A DNA stretch of 64,000 nt from the NCBI GenBank assembly GCA_964458855.1, contig CAYWJS010000001.1:6906-70905 (forward strand), given 5' to 3'. The DNA is from an uncultured Erysipelotrichia bacterium (GTDB lineage: Bacteria; Bacillota_I; Bacilli_A; CAYWJS01). The translations under genes and the position numbers were made by a program. Under the pieces are notes generated by a model. That model ran no database searches, was not told where the DNA came from, and saw nothing but the letters and a program-made list of their open reading frames with translations. This document shows, in pieces, positions 1-11,930 of this stretch (position 1 is the first letter of the stretch; each line of letters opens with the position of its first letter).

Positions 1-554
1 ATAAAAATTAGTTTCAATGTAATCATCAGTTCCATCAAAACTATAAGCTTTGTTTGCTTCGTTAAAGCGATTTGTTGTTAAAGTAGCACCATTATTTGTA
101 GCAGTATATGAATTTATACTAAAGTCTAATAAATTTCCATCCAGTTTCCAATAAGCAACAATGCTATCTTCTTCAACATTATTAATTTCAACTAAACAAT
201 TTAATCGTGGTGTAAAATCAAAGGAATTTTCACCAATTTTAGTAACAATTACATAACCACTACAATAGCCATTATCTAAAGGATTTTTTATTTTAGGGAT
301 AAAATTATTATTAATTAAAGTATCAAGGGTTATTTCGTTAGTTTGTCCAATCTCAATTGGATAGTCTTCTTGGTATGTTGATAAATAGGTTTGGGCTGCT
401 TTTATTAAAAAAATCTCATTTTTTAGTATGGCATTGTATTTACTATTTTGAATTATATTTGCAACATTCGAAATTGCAATGGCAAAAATTATTCCCATAA
501 TAACAATAGTGCCAAGAAGTTCAATTAAAGTAAATCCGCGTTTGTATGTTTCAT
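1..554 (-). pseudogene. prepilin-type N-terminal cleavage/methylation domain protein (type IV pilin/pseudopilin-like); 5' end frameshifted, 3' end runs beyond window start
   Basis: Minus-strand frame encodes ...KRGFTLIELLGTIVIMGIIFAIAISNVANI... (class III signal, G|FTLIE, hydrophobic helix) and stays open to position 1. The only start (ATG 554..552, RBS AAGGGAAG upstream) is in another frame: MKHTNADLL* (stop 9 codons later). Adding one A to the AAA run (+541..543) would restore MKHTKRGFTLIELL. Confidence 0.55.
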
Positions 555-618
555 TTTAACACTTCCCTTTTTAACCCCTATTGTTATATTAACATAATTT
601 TAAGTTTCATAAAAGAAA

Positions 619-644
619 AGCATAAATGTATATCATTTATGCTT
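619..644 (-). terminator. rho-independent terminator after rplQ
   Basis: Hairpin aagcataaatg-tatat-catttatgctt immediately downstream of the rplQ stop, followed by a U-run on the minus strand. Confidence 0.7.
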
Positions 645-647
645 TGT

Positions 648-1010
648 TTATTTTACAAGTTCAATAATTGCCATCAAAGTTCCGTCACCTTTGCGTTCAG
701 TAAGTTTTAAAATACGTGTATATCCACCTTTGCGTTCTTTATATCGAGGAGCAATATCGTTAAATAGTTTTTGTAAAATTGTATTATCTTCTACTGCCTT
801 TTTACGTAAGATAGATTCAGCTTGACGCCTTGCATGAAGATCACCACGTTTACCAAGTGTAATTAATTTATCAGCAAGACGTTTAACTTCTTTTGTACGG
901 GCTAATGTAGTTTCTATTTTTTCGTACACAAACAAATCTGTTAATAAGTCACGAAGTAATGCTTTGCGTTCTGCAGAAGCACGTCCTATTTTTTTATATC
1001 CTCGTCCCAT
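648..1010 (-). CDS. rplQ: 50S ribosomal protein L17
   Basis: 120-aa ORF with L17-like sequence, last gene of alpha operon after rpoA. Confidence 0.95.
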   Translation of the reverse strand: MGRGYKKIGRASAERKALLRDLLTDLFVYEKIETTLARTKEVKRLADKLITLGKRGDLHARRQAESILRKKAVEDNTILQKLFNDIAPRYKERKGGYTRILKLTERKGDGTLMAIIELVK

Positions 1011-1030
1011 CTTTAAGCCTCCTTCTCTAG

Positions 1031-1981
1031 TTAGTCAGTAACTCTCAAGCTTAATCCAAGTTCTGCAAGTTTATCTTTAACATCTTTTAATGATTTCTTA
1101 CCTAGGTTACGAACTTTCATCATTTCAAGTTCTGATTTTTCAACTAGGTCTCTAACCGTATTAATTCCCGCACGTTTTAAACAGTTATAAGCACGAACTG
1201 AGAAATCTAGTTCTTCAATTGTCATATCTAAAATCTTATCTGTTGCATCTTCTTCGCGCTCTACCATAATACCATCAACATTAGCAATCTCATCAATTTT
1301 TGTTATGATGTTAAAATGTTCAATTAAGATCTTTGCAGCAAGTGCTAATGCTTCTTCTGGTTTAATTGATGCATCAGTCCAAATTTCAATAATTAATTTA
1401 TCATAATCTGCACTTTGCCCAACACGAGTTTTTTGAACTTCATAAGCTACTCTTTCAACCGGTGTATAAATTGAATCTGTTGCAATTACACCAATTTTTT
1501 CATTAGTTAAAGTCTTTTTATTTTCTTCACTGCTGACATATCCACGTCCTTTATTAACAGTGATTTCCATTGCTAAGCGACCACCCTTAGCAATAGTTGC
1601 AATATGAAGATCCGGATTAATTATTTCAACATCAGCATCAACTTGAATATCAGCTGCTGTTACTTCTCCTTCTCGATCCACATTTAAATAAAGGGTTTTT
1701 TCTTCATCAGAATGAATTTTTAATACTAATTTTTTTAAGTTTAAAATTATTGTTGGAACATCTTCTAAAACACCTTCAATTGTTGAGAACTCATGTAATA
1801 CCCCTTCAATTTTAACAGCTTTTACTGCTGCTCCTGGCATTGATGAAAGTAATACTCTTCTTAAAGTATTTCCAATTGTAGTACCAAATCCTCTTTCTAG
1901 GGGTTCAAGTTCAAATTTTCCATAATGATCACTTTCAATATATTCAACAACTTTAAATTTTGGTTTTTCAAATTCTAACAT
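1031..1981 (-). CDS. rpoA: DNA-directed RNA polymerase subunit alpha
   Basis: 316 aa, N-terminal MLEFEKP...[15 protein letters not shown], classic alpha subunit; synteny rpsK-rpoA-rplQ. Confidence 0.95.
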   Translation of the reverse strand: MLEFEKPKFKVVEYIESDHYGKFELEPLERGFGTTIGNTLRRVLLSSMPGAAVKAVKIEGVLHEFSTIEGVLEDVPTIILNLKKLVLKIHSDEEKTLYLNVDREGEVTAADIQVDADVEIINPDLHIATIAKGGRLAMEITVNKGRGYVSSEENKKTLTNEKIGVIATDSIYTPVERVAYEVQKTRVGQSADYDKLIIEIWTDASIKPEEALALAAKILIEHFNIITKIDEIANVDGIMVEREEDATDKILDMTIEELDFSVRAYNCLKRAGINTVRDLVEKSELEMMKVRNLGKKSLKDVKDKLAELGLSLRVTD

Positions 1982-2001
1982 AAATAACTACCTCCTCTTT
2001 T

Positions 2002-2382
2002 TTATCCTCTCGGACGTTTTGGTGGACGACAACCGTTATGTGGAATTGGTGTTACATCTTTGATTGTAGTTATTTCAAGTCCTGCTACTTGCAGTGAACG
2101 AATTGCTGCTTCTCGTCCAGGCCCTCCGCCTTTTACTGCAATTTCAACTGATTTCATACCATGTTCCATCGCAGCTTTTGCCGCCGCTTCTGAAACTATT
2201 TGTGCTGCATAAGCAGTAGATTTTTTTGTTCCTTTATAACCAATTGCACCAGCACTAGACCAACTAATAACGTTTCCTTCTTCATCAGTAATCGTTACAA
2301 TTATATTGTTAAATGTTGTGAGTATATGTGCAATACCATGTGGTACGTTCTTTTTTACACGACGTTTTCTTCCTTTTGCCAT
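2002..2382 (-). CDS. rpsK: 30S ribosomal protein S11
   Basis: 126 aa, S11-like (GIAHI..TFNNTI..TD), synteny. Confidence 0.95.
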   Translation of the reverse strand: MAKGRKRRVKKNVPHGIAHILTTFNNIIVTITDEEGNVISWSSAGAIGYKGTKKSTAYAAQIVSEAAAKAAMEHGMKSVEIAVKGGGPGREAAIRSLQVAGLEITTIKDVTPIPHNGCRPPKRPRG

Positions 2383-2395
2383 ACTCTACCTCCCC

Positions 2396-2773
2396 TTATT
2401 TCTTAACTTCTTTTTTCTTTTTTGCTGCAGTTTTACGTGGACCTTTCATAGTTCTTGCATTTGTTCTTGTTCTTTGTCCACGAGCTGGCAGACTTTTTCT
2501 GTGACGCAAACCACGATAAGCACCAATTTCCATTAGCCTTTTAATATTCATGCTTTTTTCGCGACGTAAATCACCTTCAACTTTGTATTTAGATACTTCT
2601 GTTCTTATTTTGTTAATATCATCTTCACTTAAATCTTTTACTCGAACATCTTCACTTACTCCAGCATCTTTTAAAATTTTCTTTGCTAAAGATTTGCCAA
2701 TTCCATAAATATATGTAAGTGAAACAACTACACGCTTATCACGTGGAATATCAACACCTGCAATACGTGCCAT
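2396..2773 (-). CDS. rpsM: 30S ribosomal protein S13
   Basis: 125 aa, [10 protein letters not shown]... S13 signature, synteny. Confidence 0.95.
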   Translation of the reverse strand: MARIAGVDIPRDKRVVVSLTYIYGIGKSLAKKILKDAGVSEDVRVKDLSEDDINKIRTEVSKYKVEGDLRREKSMNIKRLMEIGAYRGLRHRKSLPARGQRTRTNARTMKGPRKTAAKKKKEVKK

Positions 2774-2789
2774 TTTTTTGCACCTCCTA

Positions 2790-2903
2790 TTATCCTTGTC
2801 TTTGTTTATGTTTTGGGTTTTTACAAATTACTTTTATTACGCCTTTACGACGAACAACTTTACATTTGTCACAAATTGGTTTTACTGATGTTCTTACTTT
2901 CAT
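2790..2903 (-). CDS. rpmJ: 50S ribosomal protein L36
   Basis: Unlisted 37-aa [40 protein letters not shown] in the infA-rpsM gap; CxxC..C..H-type zinc ribbon typical of L36. Confidence 0.9.
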   Translation of the reverse strand: MKVRTSVKPICDKCKVVRRKGVIKVICKNPKHKQRQG

Positions 2904-2932
2904 ATTTTTTCCTCCTTTTCATCTCAAGGATG

Positions 2933-3148
2933 TTATTTTCGATAAGTAATCCGCCCACGCGTTAAATCATATGGGGAAAGTTCGACAGTAACTTTATCTC
3001 CTGGTATAATTCGAATATAATTCATTCTCATTTTCCCAGAAACATGAGCATGGATAATATGGCCATTATCAAGTTTTACCTTAAATTGTGTGCCAGGTAA
3101 ATTCTCAACAACAGTACCTTCCACCTCAATTACATCTTTACTTGCCAC
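2933..3148 (-). CDS. infA: translation initiation factor IF-1
   Basis: ...[18 protein letters not shown].. S1-like IF-1. Track start is a GTG directly abutting the RBS; the second in-frame GTG (3148) has better spacing to AAAGGAGA. Confidence 0.85.
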   Translation of the reverse strand: MASKDVIEVEGTVVENLPGTQFKVKLDNGHIIHAHVSGKMRMNYIRIIPGDKVTVELSPYDLTRGRITYRK

Positions 3149-3911
3149 TCGTCTCACTCTCCTTTGTTAAAATCTCATAACCATTTTCAGAAATTAAAAC
3201 GGTATGTTCGAAATGAGCAGATGGCTTACCATCTCTTGTTACAATTGTCCAATTATCATCTAAGAGCATAATCTCTTTTGAACCTGCGTTAATCATCGGT
3301 TCAATGGCAATTGTCATACCTGCTTTTAATTTAATTCCTGTTTTTGGGTTCCCGTAATTTGGAATCGGTGGGTCCTCATGCATCCGTTTACCAATGCCAT
3401 GCCCTACTAATTCACGAACTACTGAGAAACCATTACTTTCAGCATAAGTTTGAATTGCGTTTGCAATATCTCCTGTATAATTATCTGGAAATACCATCTC
3501 AAGTCCTTTATACAAGCATTCTTCAGTAATTTCTAATAATTTTCTTTTTTCGAAAGAGATTTCGCCAACTGGATAGGTCCATGCTGAATCACCATGATAA
3601 CCTTGATATTCAGCGCCTATATCAATTGAAACTATATCTCCTTCTTTTAATACATAATCACCAGGTATCCCGTGCACTACTTGGTCATTAACTGAAACAC
3701 AAATGCTTGCAGGAAATCCTTGATAATTTTTAAATGATGGTCTCGCCCCCTGGCTTTTAATAAATTCTTCAGCAAGTTTATCTAACTCTTTTGTTGTAAC
3801 ACCCGGTTTAATTCTTGACTTTAACATTTTATGTGTTAAAGCAACAATTTCACCAGCTTTTCGCATTAATTCTATTTCTTCAGGACTTTTTATTGTTATC
3901 ATACTTTTCAC
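3138..3911 (-). CDS. map: type I methionine aminopeptidase
   Basis: 257 aa, pita-bread fold motifs (HGIP, D..D metal ligands), located between adk and infA as in Firmicutes. Confidence 0.9.
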   Translation of the reverse strand: MKSMITIKSPEEIELMRKAGEIVALTHKMLKSRIKPGVTTKELDKLAEEFIKSQGARPSFKNYQGFPASICVSVNDQVVHGIPGDYVLKEGDIVSIDIGAEYQGYHGDSAWTYPVGEISFEKRKLLEITEECLYKGLEMVFPDNYTGDIANAIQTYAESNGFSVVRELVGHGIGKRMHEDPPIPNYGNPKTGIKLKAGMTIAIEPMINAGSKEIMLLDDNWTIVTRDGKPSAHFEHTVLISENGYEILTKESETSGK

Positions 3912-4551
3912 CTAAATTTTCTAATAGAGTTTCAATATCATTATAAACCTTTTCCATATCTTGATTTCCATCAATTTCATATAAAAGGCCTTGTGTTTTG
4001 AAAAACTTTATTACTGGTAGTGAGTATTCTAAGTAGTTGTTATAACGAGTTTCAATTGTTTGAAAGTTTTGATCATCAGTTCTAACAGTTAACATCTCAC
4101 CACAATTGTCACACGTTTTTTCTAAATAATATTCTTTGCTAAAGTTTTTGCCACAATTAGAACAAACAAGTCTTGTTAAGGTTCTTTTTATCAATTCTTC
4201 TTTATCTAAATCTATGAAAATTACACCATCAAGATTTCTTTTATGTTTTTCTAAAATTTCAAATAGTATATCTATTTGAGTAAGATTTCTAGGAAATCCA
4301 TCAATAATAAATCCCTTTTTAGCATCTTCTTCTGCAAGACGTTTTTCAATAATTTCTTTAATTATTTCATCTCTTACGATTTCCCCTTTTTCCATTGCAC
4401 TTTTTATTTCTGCTATATAAGGAGAATCGCTTTCTAAAATATTTCGAAGAAGTTGTCCTATTGAAATGTGTGGAATATTATACTTTTCACTAATTTTAGT
4501 AGCATTTGTTCCTTTACCTGATGCAGGTGGGCCAATAATTATTAAATTCAT
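3880..4551 (-). CDS. adk: adenylate kinase
   Basis: [16 protein letters not shown]-loop, Cys4 LID zinc motif (CSNCGK...CDNCG). Confidence 0.95.
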   Translation of the reverse strand: MNLIIIGPPASGKGTNATKISEKYNIPHISIGQLLRNILESDSPYIAEIKSAMEKGEIVRDEIIKEIIEKRLAEEDAKKGFIIDGFPRNLTQIDILFEILEKHKRNLDGVIFIDLDKEELIKRTLTRLVCSNCGKNFSKEYYLEKTCDNCGEMLTVRTDDQNFQTIETRYNNYLEYSLPVIKFFKTQGLLYEIDGNQDMEKVYNDIETLLENLGEKYDNNKKS

Positions 4552-4563
4552 TTTACCCCCTCC

Positions 4564-5829
4564 TTAACGGTATAGGTCATAACTTCTACTTGCTGCAACT
4601 TGTCCTTCAATTTGTTTGTAAAATTCAAGTGCAACACCAACAACAATTAATAGTCCTGTTCCACCAATATCAGCTGTTGATGGAAGATTAGTTAGTCTTG
4701 AGAAAATTGTTGGTAAAATAGCAATAAAAGCTAGAAATAATGACCCAACAAATGTTAATCTTTTTAATACTTTTGAAAAGTATTCTTCCGTTTCTATTCC
4801 TGGTCTAACTCCTGGAATATAACCATTTTGTTTTTGTAAATTTTTTGCAAATTCTTCTGGTTTAAGTTGCATAAATGTATAAATATATGAAAACAAAATA
4901 ATTAATCCAATATAAATAAATATTCCAGGAGAAGTTCGAGAATCAAGATATTTCATTATAGTATTTACAAATTCTTCTTTTCCAAAAAAGGAAATGATAG
5001 TTAGTGGTGCTGAAAGCATTACTCCTGCTAAAATTACAGGCATAACTCCAGCTGAATTTAATTTTAATGGAATAAAATTATTAACTGCTCCATAAGCTGC
5101 TCTTGTAATATTTGAGTATTGAATTGGGATCCTCCGAAGTGATTGCTCAAAATAAATTACGCCAATAATTATTAAAATGTATAAAAGTATGAATAGGATG
5201 TAAGCAATTACCCCAACTGCATTTGAACTATCCGCAACTAAAGTTTTAAAAACATCAATAAATGTTGTTGGAAGCCCAGATACAATACCAGCCATGATTA
5301 TCATTGAAACTCCATTACCAAGTCCTTTTTGAGTAATTTGATCAGAAAGCCAAAGAACAAAGGCAGTTCCACCTGTTAAGATTAATGCTACATATAGGTA
5401 ATTACTTGCTGTTTGTGCTTGAAGTAAAATTCCATATTGGCGATCAAGCATTAATGCAGTACCATAACCTTGAATAAAAGCAAGTAATATCCCTAAGTAA
5501 CGAGTATAAGTATTAATTTTTCTTCTTCCTATTTCACCTTGTTTTCCAAGTTCAGTTAATCCTGGGAAGAGTTCTGTTTGTTCAGCAAGTTGCATAACAA
5601 TTGATGCCGTAATGTATGGCATAACACCAAGTGCTAAAATAGAAAAGTTTTTAAGAGCCCCCCCACTCATTAAGTTCATTAAATCTAAAAATCCTGCACC
5701 TGTTAAAATTTTTTGTGTACCTGGAACTTGAATATTAGTCCCAATAATAAAGATAAATAATGCAAGTAGGGTAAAGAAAAACTTATTTCTTAATTCTTTA
5801 TTTGCTGAACCAAATAACTCTTTAAACAA
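4564..5829 (-). CDS. secY: preprotein translocase subunit SecY
   Basis: 421-aa polytopic membrane protein between rplO and adk; SecY-like sequence. Confidence 0.95.
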   Translation of the reverse strand: MFKELFGSANKELRNKFFFTLLALFIFIIGTNIQVPGTQKILTGAGFLDLMNLMSGGALKNFSILALGVMPYITASIVMQLAEQTELFPGLTELGKQGEIGRRKINTYTRYLGILLAFIQGYGTALMLDRQYGILLQAQTASNYLYVALILTGGTAFVLWLSDQITQKGLGNGVSMIIMAGIVSGLPTTFIDVFKTLVADSSNAVGVIAYILFILLYILIIIGVIYFEQSLRRIPIQYSNITRAAYGAVNNFIPLKLNSAGVMPVILAGVMLSAPLTIISFFGKEEFVNTIMKYLDSRTSPGIFIYIGLIILFSYIYTFMQLKPEEFAKNLQKQNGYIPGVRPGIETEEYFSKVLKRLTFVGSLFLAFIAILPTIFSRLTNLPSTADIGGTGLLIVVGVALEFYKQIEGQVAASRSYDLYR

Positions 5830-6267
5830 TTATATCACCTCAGCATTTCCACCTGCTGCAAGTATTGCTTCAGTGGCTGCTTTTGAAAATTTATGAGCTT
5901 TAACTGTTAAAGCCTTTTCTAGTGTTCCATTACCTAAAACTTTAACTGGTAATTCTTTTTTTATAATTTTCATCTCTTTTAATAATTCAGGCGTAATGAT
6001 TGTTCCTTCATCAAATCTATTTAAATCGTTCAAGTTAATAATTGCATATTCTTTTCTAAAAATATTAGTAAAGCCAACTTTTCTAACTTTTTTAAATAGT
6101 GGTGTTTGACCTCCTTCAAACAGTGGTCGAACTCCACCACCGCTTCTTGCGTTTTGTCCTTTGTGACCACGTCCTGAAGTCTTTCCATGACCACTACTTG
6201 AACCACGACCTTTACGAATACGTGCTTTTCTTGAACCTTCGCTTGGTTTTAATTCGTGTAATTTCAT
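5830..6267 (-). CDS. rplO: 50S ribosomal protein L15
   Basis: 145 aa Gly/Arg-rich N-terminus, synteny. Confidence 0.95.
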   Translation of the reverse strand: MKLHELKPSEGSRKARIRKGRGSSSGHGKTSGRGHKGQNARSGGGVRPLFEGGQTPLFKKVRKVGFTNIFRKEYAIINLNDLNRFDEGTIITPELLKEMKIIKKELPVKVLGNGTLEKALTVKAHKFSKAATEAILAAGGNAEVI

Positions 6268-6310
6268 ACTACACCTCCTCGATTAAAAGCTTATCTTTCT
6301 ATCCAGTAAT

Positions 6311-6805
6311 TTATTCTACTTTCTTTCCACGTTTTGCTGCTATTTCTTCTTTTGTTTTTAATGATTTTAAACCGTTAAAAGTTGCTCTTACAACATTAAT
6401 TGGGGTATTTGATCCTAATGATTTTGATAAAATATCAGTAATTCCCGCAAGTTCTAATACTGAACGAACTGCTCCACCAGCAATTACTCCAGTACCTGCT
6501 ACTGCTGGTTTAAGTAAAATTTCACTTGCTCCATGACGTCCAATTACTTCATGAGGAATAGTAATTCCATTAACAATTGGAACTCTAATTAAGTTTTTAC
6601 GTGCTTCTTGTGATGCTTTTTTTATTGCATCAGGCACTTCATTTGCTTTTCCTGTCCCAAAACCAACAGTACCTTTTCTATTTCCCACAACAACTAAAGC
6701 TGAAAAACGATATCTTCTTCCACCGCGTACAACTTTAGCAACATGATTAATATGAATTACTCTTTCTTCAAAATCACTTCTTGGTTTTTCAGTTTTACGA
6801 CTCAT
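6311..6805 (-). CDS. rpsE: 30S ribosomal protein S5
   Basis: 164 aa; directly followed by rplO with no room for an L30 gene. Confidence 0.95.
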   Translation of the reverse strand: MSRKTEKPRSDFEERVIHINHVAKVVRGGRRYRFSALVVVGNRKGTVGFGTGKANEVPDAIKKASQEARKNLIRVPIVNGITIPHEVIGRHGASEILLKPAVAGTGVIAGGAVRSVLELAGITDILSKSLGSNTPINVVRATFNGLKSLKTKEEIAAKRGKKVE

Positions 6806-6821
6806 CTTTTCGCCTCCTCAA

Positions 6822-7184
6822 CTAAAACTTAAGACCAGCTTTACGGGCTGCGTCTGCTAATGCTTTAACGCGTCCATGATATAAATATCCACCACGATCA
6901 AATACTACTTGTTTTATATTCTTTTTTTTTGCTCTTTTTGCTATAAGTTCACCAACTTTACTAGCAGCCTCAATATTACCACCATTTTCTAATTTTAATT
7001 CTTTGTCTATTGATGAGGCACTAGCAAGTGTAATACCATTTTCATCATCAATAATTTGGGCAAAAATATTGCGATTTGAACGAAATACATTTAACCTTGG
7101 TACTTCAGGAGTTCCAAATACTTTTGATCTAACTCTTAAATGACGACGCGAACGTTTTTTATTCCGCGAAAGCTTTTTTATCAT
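6822..7184 (-). CDS. rplR: 50S ribosomal protein L18
   Basis: 120 aa, synteny. Confidence 0.95.
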   Translation of the reverse strand: MIKKLSRNKKRSRRHLRVRSKVFGTPEVPRLNVFRSNRNIFAQIIDDENGITLASASSIDKELKLENGGNIEAASKVGELIAKRAKKKNIKQVVFDRGGYLYHGRVKALADAARKAGLKF

Positions 7185-7206
7185 TTATAAGACTCCTTTC
7201 TTTATA

Positions 7207-7752
7207 TTATTCACTAGTAGCCTTTTTACCTTCTTTACGAATTACATATTCATCTTTATATCTAATACCTTTACCTTTATATGGTTCAGGTTTTCTAATT
7301 GCCCTAATATTTGCAGCAAATTCACCAACTAGTTCTTTATCAAAACCGCGAACAATAATTTCTGTATTTGTTGGCAGTTCCACTTCCAATCCCTCAGGAA
7401 TATCTAGTTCTACTGGGTTTGAATAACCAGCATTAACTATTAATTTATTTCCTTGTTTAGAAGCACGATAACCAACTCCAATAATTTCAAGTTCACGACT
7501 AAATCCTTGCGTTACACCAACTACCATATTATTAAGTACTGAACGAACTGTTCCGTGAATTTGTTTTTGTTCTTTAGTATCGTCTTTTCTTGTAACAGTT
7601 AATTCATTATCTTTCAATGTAATAGTTATATCAGAAGGAAATTCCCTAGTAAATTCTCCTTTTGGTCCTTTTACAGTTACAATGTTGTTTTCACCAATTG
7701 TAACTTCTGCACCCTCTGGTACAAAAATTGGAGCATTTCCAACTCTACTCAT
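7207..7752 (-). CDS. rplF: 50S ribosomal protein L6
   Basis: 181 aa, synteny. Confidence 0.95.
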   Translation of the reverse strand: MSRVGNAPIFVPEGAEVTIGENNIVTVKGPKGEFTREFPSDITITLKDNELTVTRKDDTKEQKQIHGTVRSVLNNMVVGVTQGFSRELEIIGVGYRASKQGNKLIVNAGYSNPVELDIPEGLEVELPTNTEIIVRGFDKELVGEFAANIRAIRKPEPYKGKGIRYKDEYVIRKEGKKATSE

Positions 7753-7779
7753 AATAGCACCTCCTTATGGTTTTTAAAC

Positions 7780-8178
7780 TTACCAAACGTAAGCGATAAT
7801 TTCTCCGCCGATTTTTTCTTTGCGTGCTAAGCGGTCACTCATTATTCCCTTTGATGTTGAAACAATTGCAATTCCAAGACCATTTAAAACCCGAGGAACT
7901 TCATCAGCTTTTGCATAGACGCGAGTTCCTGGTTTTGAAATTCTTTTTAAACCAGTAATAACTCTTTCTTCATTACGACCATACTTTAGGTGAATAACTA
8001 AAGTACTTTGTGGTGCTCCTTCTTTAATCTCATAATCTTTAATATAACCTTCATCTTTTAATACTCTTGCAATTTCTACTTTAATATTAGAAGTTGGCAT
8101 TTCAACTTTTGGATGTTTCATTTGGTTTGCATTACGAATATGCGTTAGCATATCAGCAATTGGATCTGTCATTGACAT
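7780..8178 (-). CDS. rpsH: 30S ribosomal protein S8
   Basis: 132 aa, synteny. Confidence 0.95.
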   Translation of the reverse strand: MSMTDPIADMLTHIRNANQMKHPKVEMPTSNIKVEIARVLKDEGYIKDYEIKEGAPQSTLVIHLKYGRNEERVITGLKRISKPGTRVYAKADEVPRVLNGLGIAIVSTSKGIMSDRLARKEKIGGEIIAYVW

Positions 8179-8207
8179 TTAAATTCCCCCTTTCCTTGCG
8201 GAATTTA

Positions 8208-8393
8208 TTACCAACTAGCTTTCTTCACTCCTGGAATTTGCCCTTTATTTGCTAATTCCCGGAAGCAAATACGACATAGTTCAAAATCTTTTAACACAGC
8301 ACGTGCTCTTCCGCATCTTTTGCAGCGAGTATATGCTCGAACTTTAAATTTTGGTTTCTTTTGTTGTTTTACAACTAAACTTTTCTTCGCCAT
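8208..8393 (-). CDS. rpsN: 30S ribosomal protein S14, zinc-binding short (type Z) form
   Basis: 61 aa with CxxC...CxxC (CKRCGRA...CRIC). Confidence 0.95.
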   Translation of the reverse strand: MAKKSLVVKQQKKPKFKVRAYTRCKRCGRARAVLKDFELCRICFRELANKGQIPGVKKASW

Positions 8394-8421
8394 TTATTTT
8401 TTTAAACCTCCTTTTTAGGAT

Positions 8422-8958
8422 TTATTTAAGTGGCATTCCTAAATGCTTAAGTAAAGCATAAGCTTCTTCATCAGTTTTTGCTGTTGTTACAATAACAACA
8501 TCCATTCCTCGAACTTTAATTACTTTATCATAGTTTACTTCTGTAAATATTAATTGTTCTTTAAGTCCTAAAGTGTAATTTCCTCGTCTATCAAAAGAAT
8601 TTTTTGGAAGTCCTCTAAAATCTCTTACTCGTGGTAAAGCAATATTAATTAATTTATATAAAAAGTTATACATTCTTTCACCACGTAGTGTTACCTTACA
8701 ACCAATTGGCATTCCAGTTCTAATTTTAAAACCTGCAATAGATTTTTTTGCTCTCGTAATAATTGGTTTTTGGCCAGTAATAGCGGCTAACTCTTCCATT
8801 GCTGCATCAAGCAATTTACTATTATGTGCAGCATCTCCAACACCAATATTAACAACAATTTTCTCTAGGCGTGGTACTTGCATAATACTTTTATAACCAA
8901 ACTCTTTCATAAGTTCTGGTCTGACTTCTTCTCTATATTTCTTTAATAGGTGGTTCAT
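8422..8958 (-). CDS. rplE: 50S ribosomal protein L5
   Basis: 178 aa, synteny. Confidence 0.95.
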   Translation of the reverse strand: MNHLLKKYREEVRPELMKEFGYKSIMQVPRLEKIVVNIGVGDAAHNSKLLDAAMEELAAITGQKPIITRAKKSIAGFKIRTGMPIGCKVTLRGERMYNFLYKLINIALPRVRDFRGLPKNSFDRRGNYTLGLKEQLIFTEVNYDKVIKVRGMDVVIVTTAKTDEEAYALLKHLGMPLK

Positions 8959-8975
8959 TGTTAACCTCCTTCCAA

Positions 8976-9287
8976 CTAATCTAAAATAGTTCCAGATTTT
9001 TTAGTAATTCTAACCTTTTTACCTTTTTTATCCGTTGTATAACCAATTCTTGTTCCTTTTTTAGTTTTTGGATCAATTACCATCACATTAGATACATGAA
9101 TTGGCTTTTCTATTTCAACAATCTTTCCTGTTTCATTTTGAGCACTTGGTTTTTGATGTTTTTTAACTTTATTTATACCTTCTACTAAAACCTTGTTCTC
9201 TTTTCTAAATACTTTTAAAACAGTACCTTCTTTACCTTTGTCTTTTCCAGCAATAACAATCACTTTATCGCCTTTTTTAATTTTCAT
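8976..9287 (-). CDS. rplX: 50S ribosomal protein L24
   Basis: 103 aa KOW-like, synteny. Confidence 0.95.
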   Translation of the reverse strand: MKIKKGDKVIVIAGKDKGKEGTVLKVFRKENKVLVEGINKVKKHQKPSAQNETGKIVEIEKPIHVSNVMVIDPKTKKGTRIGYTTDKKGKKVRITKKSGTILD

Positions 9288-9310
9288 CTTACTGCCTCCT
9301 TTTTCTGGGA

Positions 9311-9679
9311 TTATAGAACTTCTGGTGCAAGTGAGATAATTTTCATAAATTCTTTATCACGAAGTTCGCGGGCAACAGGTCCAAAAATCCGTGTTCCCCT
9401 TGGACTTTTATCTTCTCTAATAAGCACACATGCATTATCATCAAATTTTATATAAGAACCATCATTTCTTCTAATACCTTGTTTAGTTCTCACAATCACT
9501 GCTTTTACAACATCACCTTTTTTAACAGTACCACCTGGTGTTGCTACTTTTACAGTTCCAACAACTATATCACCAATATTTCCAGATTTAACACGACTTC
9601 CTCCAAGCACACGAATTACAAGTAATTCTCTTGCTCCGGAGTTATCTGCCACTTTTAAACGCGATTCTTGTTGGATCAT
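9311..9679 (-). CDS. rplN: 50S ribosomal protein L14
   Basis: 122 aa, synteny. Confidence 0.95.
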   Translation of the reverse strand: MIQQESRLKVADNSGARELLVIRVLGGSRVKSGNIGDIVVGTVKVATPGGTVKKGDVVKAVIVRTKQGIRRNDGSYIKFDDNACVLIREDKSPRGTRIFGPVARELRDKEFMKIISLAPEVL

Positions 9680-9709
9680 TTTATTACCTCCTCTTTTTAG
9701 AGTTTAAAT

Positions 9710-9973
9710 TTATAATTCTGGTGCTGATTCAATTATTTCAACTAAACGAAAATATTTTCTTTTTGATAATGGTCTAGTTTCCATAATACGAACAATGTCA
9801 CCAATTTTTGCCTCATTTTTTTCATCGTGTGCAATATATTTTTTTGAATACTTAACACGTTTTTTATATAACGGATGACGCTTGTGAGTTTCTACTAAAA
9901 CAGTAATAGATTTATCCATTTTATCAGAAACTACTGTTCCTACAAACTCACGGCGTGATTTTCTATTTTCCAT
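9710..9973 (-). CDS. rpsQ: 30S ribosomal protein S17
   Basis: 87 aa, synteny. Confidence 0.95.
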   Translation of the reverse strand: MENRKSRREFVGTVVSDKMDKSITVLVETHKRHPLYKKRVKYSKKYIAHDEKNEAKIGDIVRIMETRPLSKRKYFRLVEIIESAPEL

Positions 9974-10189
9974 TTAGAGATTACCTCCTTTAGATTCCTC
10001 TTCGAGTAATCTTTCATTAATAATTGTTTTCATTCTAGCAATAGTTTTTCTTATTTGTTTGATACGCGCAGGGTTTTGTAAGTTTCCTGTTGCTTGTTGA
10101 AAACGTAAGTTAAATAATTCTTCTTTTAGTTCTTTTATTTTATTTTCAATATCTGGTGTTTGTAACTTTCTTATTTCTTGTGCTTTCAT
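9974..10189 (-). CDS. rpmC: 50S ribosomal protein L29
   Basis: 71 aa, synteny. Confidence 0.9.
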   Translation of the reverse strand: MKAQEIRKLQTPDIENKIKELKEELFNLRFQQATGNLQNPARIKQIRKTIARMKTIINERLLEEESKGGNL

Positions 10190-10614
10190 TAGTTTTCACC
10201 ACCAATTTCACTTCTTTTAACAAACCTTGTTTTAACTGGTAATTTATGACTAGCAAGTCTTAATGCTTCTTTTGCTGTTTCTTCATCAACACCTGCTATT
10301 TCAAACATAATTTTTCCTTCTTTAACAACTGCAATCCAATCTTCAGGAGACCCTTTCCCAGATCCCATCCGAACTTCTAATGGTTTTTTAGTTTTTGCTA
10401 GATGAGGGAAAATATTAATCCATAATTTTCCGCCACGTTTCATATAACGAGTAGCTGCAACACGAGCTGCTTCAATTTGGCGACTTGTAATCCATGCCCC
10501 TTCTAATGCTTGAAGTCCATACTCACCAAAAGCAAGGTTATTTTTCCCCTTTGCTTTTCCTTCATATTTTATTCTGTGGGGACGACGATATTTTGTCTTT
10601 TTAGGAGATAACAT
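10189..10614 (-). CDS. rplP: 50S ribosomal protein L16
   Basis: Track ORF trimmed to internal ATG ([14 protein letters not shown]...) which has RBS AGGAGGG 8 nt upstream and abuts the rpsC stop. Confidence 0.9.
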   Translation of the reverse strand: MLSPKKTKYRRPHRIKYEGKAKGKNNLAFGEYGLQALEGAWITSRQIEAARVAATRYMKRGGKLWINIFPHLAKTKKPLEVRMGSGKGSPEDWIAVVKEGKIMFEIAGVDEETAKEALRLASHKLPVKTRFVKRSEIGGEN

Positions 10615-10615
10615 T

Positions 10616-11263
10616 TTACTTTCCCTCCTTCTTTTCTGGTAATATTTCACCCTTATAAATCCATACTTTTACACCAATTTTTCCATATGTTGCTTGTGCT
10701 TCAGCAAGTGCATAATCAATATCAGCACGTAGTGTATGAAGCGGAACATTCCCTTCTGAATATCCTTCAGTACGAGCCATATCTGCCCCACCTAAACGAC
10801 CTGATACTTGAGTTTTTACTCCTTTTGCACCTGCTTTCATCACATTTCTAATTGCTCGTTTTTGAGCAACCCGGAAAGATACTCGATTTTCTATTTGTTT
10901 TGCAATGTTTTCTGCAACAAGTTTTGCAACTAAATTAGGATTTTTAACTTCTATAATTGAAACATTAACTTGTGTACCAGTCATTTTTTCAATTTCTTTT
11001 CTTAATAATTCTATTTCTTCACCTTGACGCCCAATTACCATTCCTGGCTTTGCTGTGTAAATTAAAACTTCTACAAATTTCTTTGTTCTTACAATTTCTA
11101 CACTAGCAATAGCAGCGTCATAATATTTTTTCTCAATAAGTTCTCGGATTTTAATATCTTCTAATAGTGCTTTTGAATAATCTTTCTTATCTAAAATCCA
11201 CCGAGAACTCCAATCACGAATAATCCCTACACGTAATCCGATTGGATTTACTTTTTGACCCAT
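10616..11263 (-). CDS. rpsC: 30S ribosomal protein S3
   Basis: 215 aa KH domain [11 protein letters not shown]..., synteny. Confidence 0.95.
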   Translation of the reverse strand: MGQKVNPIGLRVGIIRDWSSRWILDKKDYSKALLEDIKIRELIEKKYYDAAIASVEIVRTKKFVEVLIYTAKPGMVIGRQGEEIELLRKEIEKMTGTQVNVSIIEVKNPNLVAKLVAENIAKQIENRVSFRVAQKRAIRNVMKAGAKGVKTQVSGRLGGADMARTEGYSEGNVPLHTLRADIDYALAEAQATYGKIGVKVWIYKGEILPEKKEGK

Positions 11264-11275
11264 TAACCTTCCCTC

Positions 11276-11608
11276 CTATCTTTCCGCCACCGTCATATAA
11301 ATGTGACTTGTTCTTTTATTAATTGGAGAAGCACTCCCGCGCGCCCGTGGGCGATAACGTTTTAATGTTGGTCCTTCACCTGCATATACCTCTTTAATAT
11401 ATAAACTTTCTCTATTTAAACCTAGGTTATTTACAGCATTAGCAACTACTGAATTTAATAACTTTAAAATTGGTTCACTAGCAGCTTTATTAATTGTATT
11501 TAATAAAACAATTGCTTCATCAACATTTCTTCCACGAATTAAATCTAATACTAATCTAACTTTTCGAGGAGCAATACGAACCGTTCTTAAAACAGCTTTA
11601 GCTTCCAT
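11276..11608 (-). CDS. rplV: 50S ribosomal protein L22
   Basis: 110 aa, synteny. Confidence 0.95.
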   Translation of the reverse strand: MEAKAVLRTVRIAPRKVRLVLDLIRGRNVDEAIVLLNTINKAASEPILKLLNSVVANAVNNLGLNRESLYIKEVYAGEGPTLKRYRPRARGSASPINKRTSHIYMTVAER

Positions 11609-11633
11609 TCCTTAAATCCTCCTTCCACAAGAG

Positions 11634-11912
11634 TTACTTCCTTTGATCATCAACACGTTTACCATGACCACCAAATTTACGAGTTGGTACAAATTCACCT
11701 AATTTATGTCCCACCATATCCTCAGTTATATAAATTGGTACATGCTCTTTTCCGTTGTGTACAGCAATTGTATGTCCAACAAAATCTGGATAAATAGTTG
11801 AACGACGTGACCATGTCTTTATAACAACTTTTTTATTTTCTTGATTTAATTTGCGAACCTTTTTTAATAAATGTTCATCAATAAAAGGTCCCTTTTTTAG
11901 ACTACGAGCCAT
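11634..11912 (-). CDS. rpsS: 30S ribosomal protein S19
   Basis: 92 aa, synteny. Confidence 0.95.
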   Translation of the reverse strand: MARSLKKGPFIDEHLLKKVRKLNQENKKVVIKTWSRRSTIYPDFVGHTIAVHNGKEHVPIYITEDMVGHKLGEFVPTRKFGGHGKRVDDQRK

Positions 11913-11930
11913 ATATTGACCTCCTTATTA

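Noticed and set aside
2200-2536. Plus-strand ORFs 2200..2406 and 2306..2536, and similar track ORFs (6099..6536, 12020..12238, 12845..13125, 34666..35037, 61593..61940, 62379..62765, 58655..58951 and others)
   Set aside because: These are shadow ORFs antisense to well-supported ribosomal or housekeeping genes. They are low-complexity Cys/Phe/Leu-rich products of AT-rich antisense frames with no RBS.
6267-6311. Missing L30 (rpmD) between rpsE and rplO
   Set aside because: rpsE and rplO are separated by only ~40 nt, so there is no room for a gene. L30 is genuinely absent, a known lineage-specific variation.
10189-10650. 5'-extended track ORFs (rplP 10650, LysM 32082, patatin 33137, clpP 56058, trxB 60095, infA 3157)
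   Set aside because: The extensions start at upstream alternative starts with no RBS or inside the preceding gene. Internal starts with Shine-Dalgarno sequences and homology-consistent N-termini were preferred.
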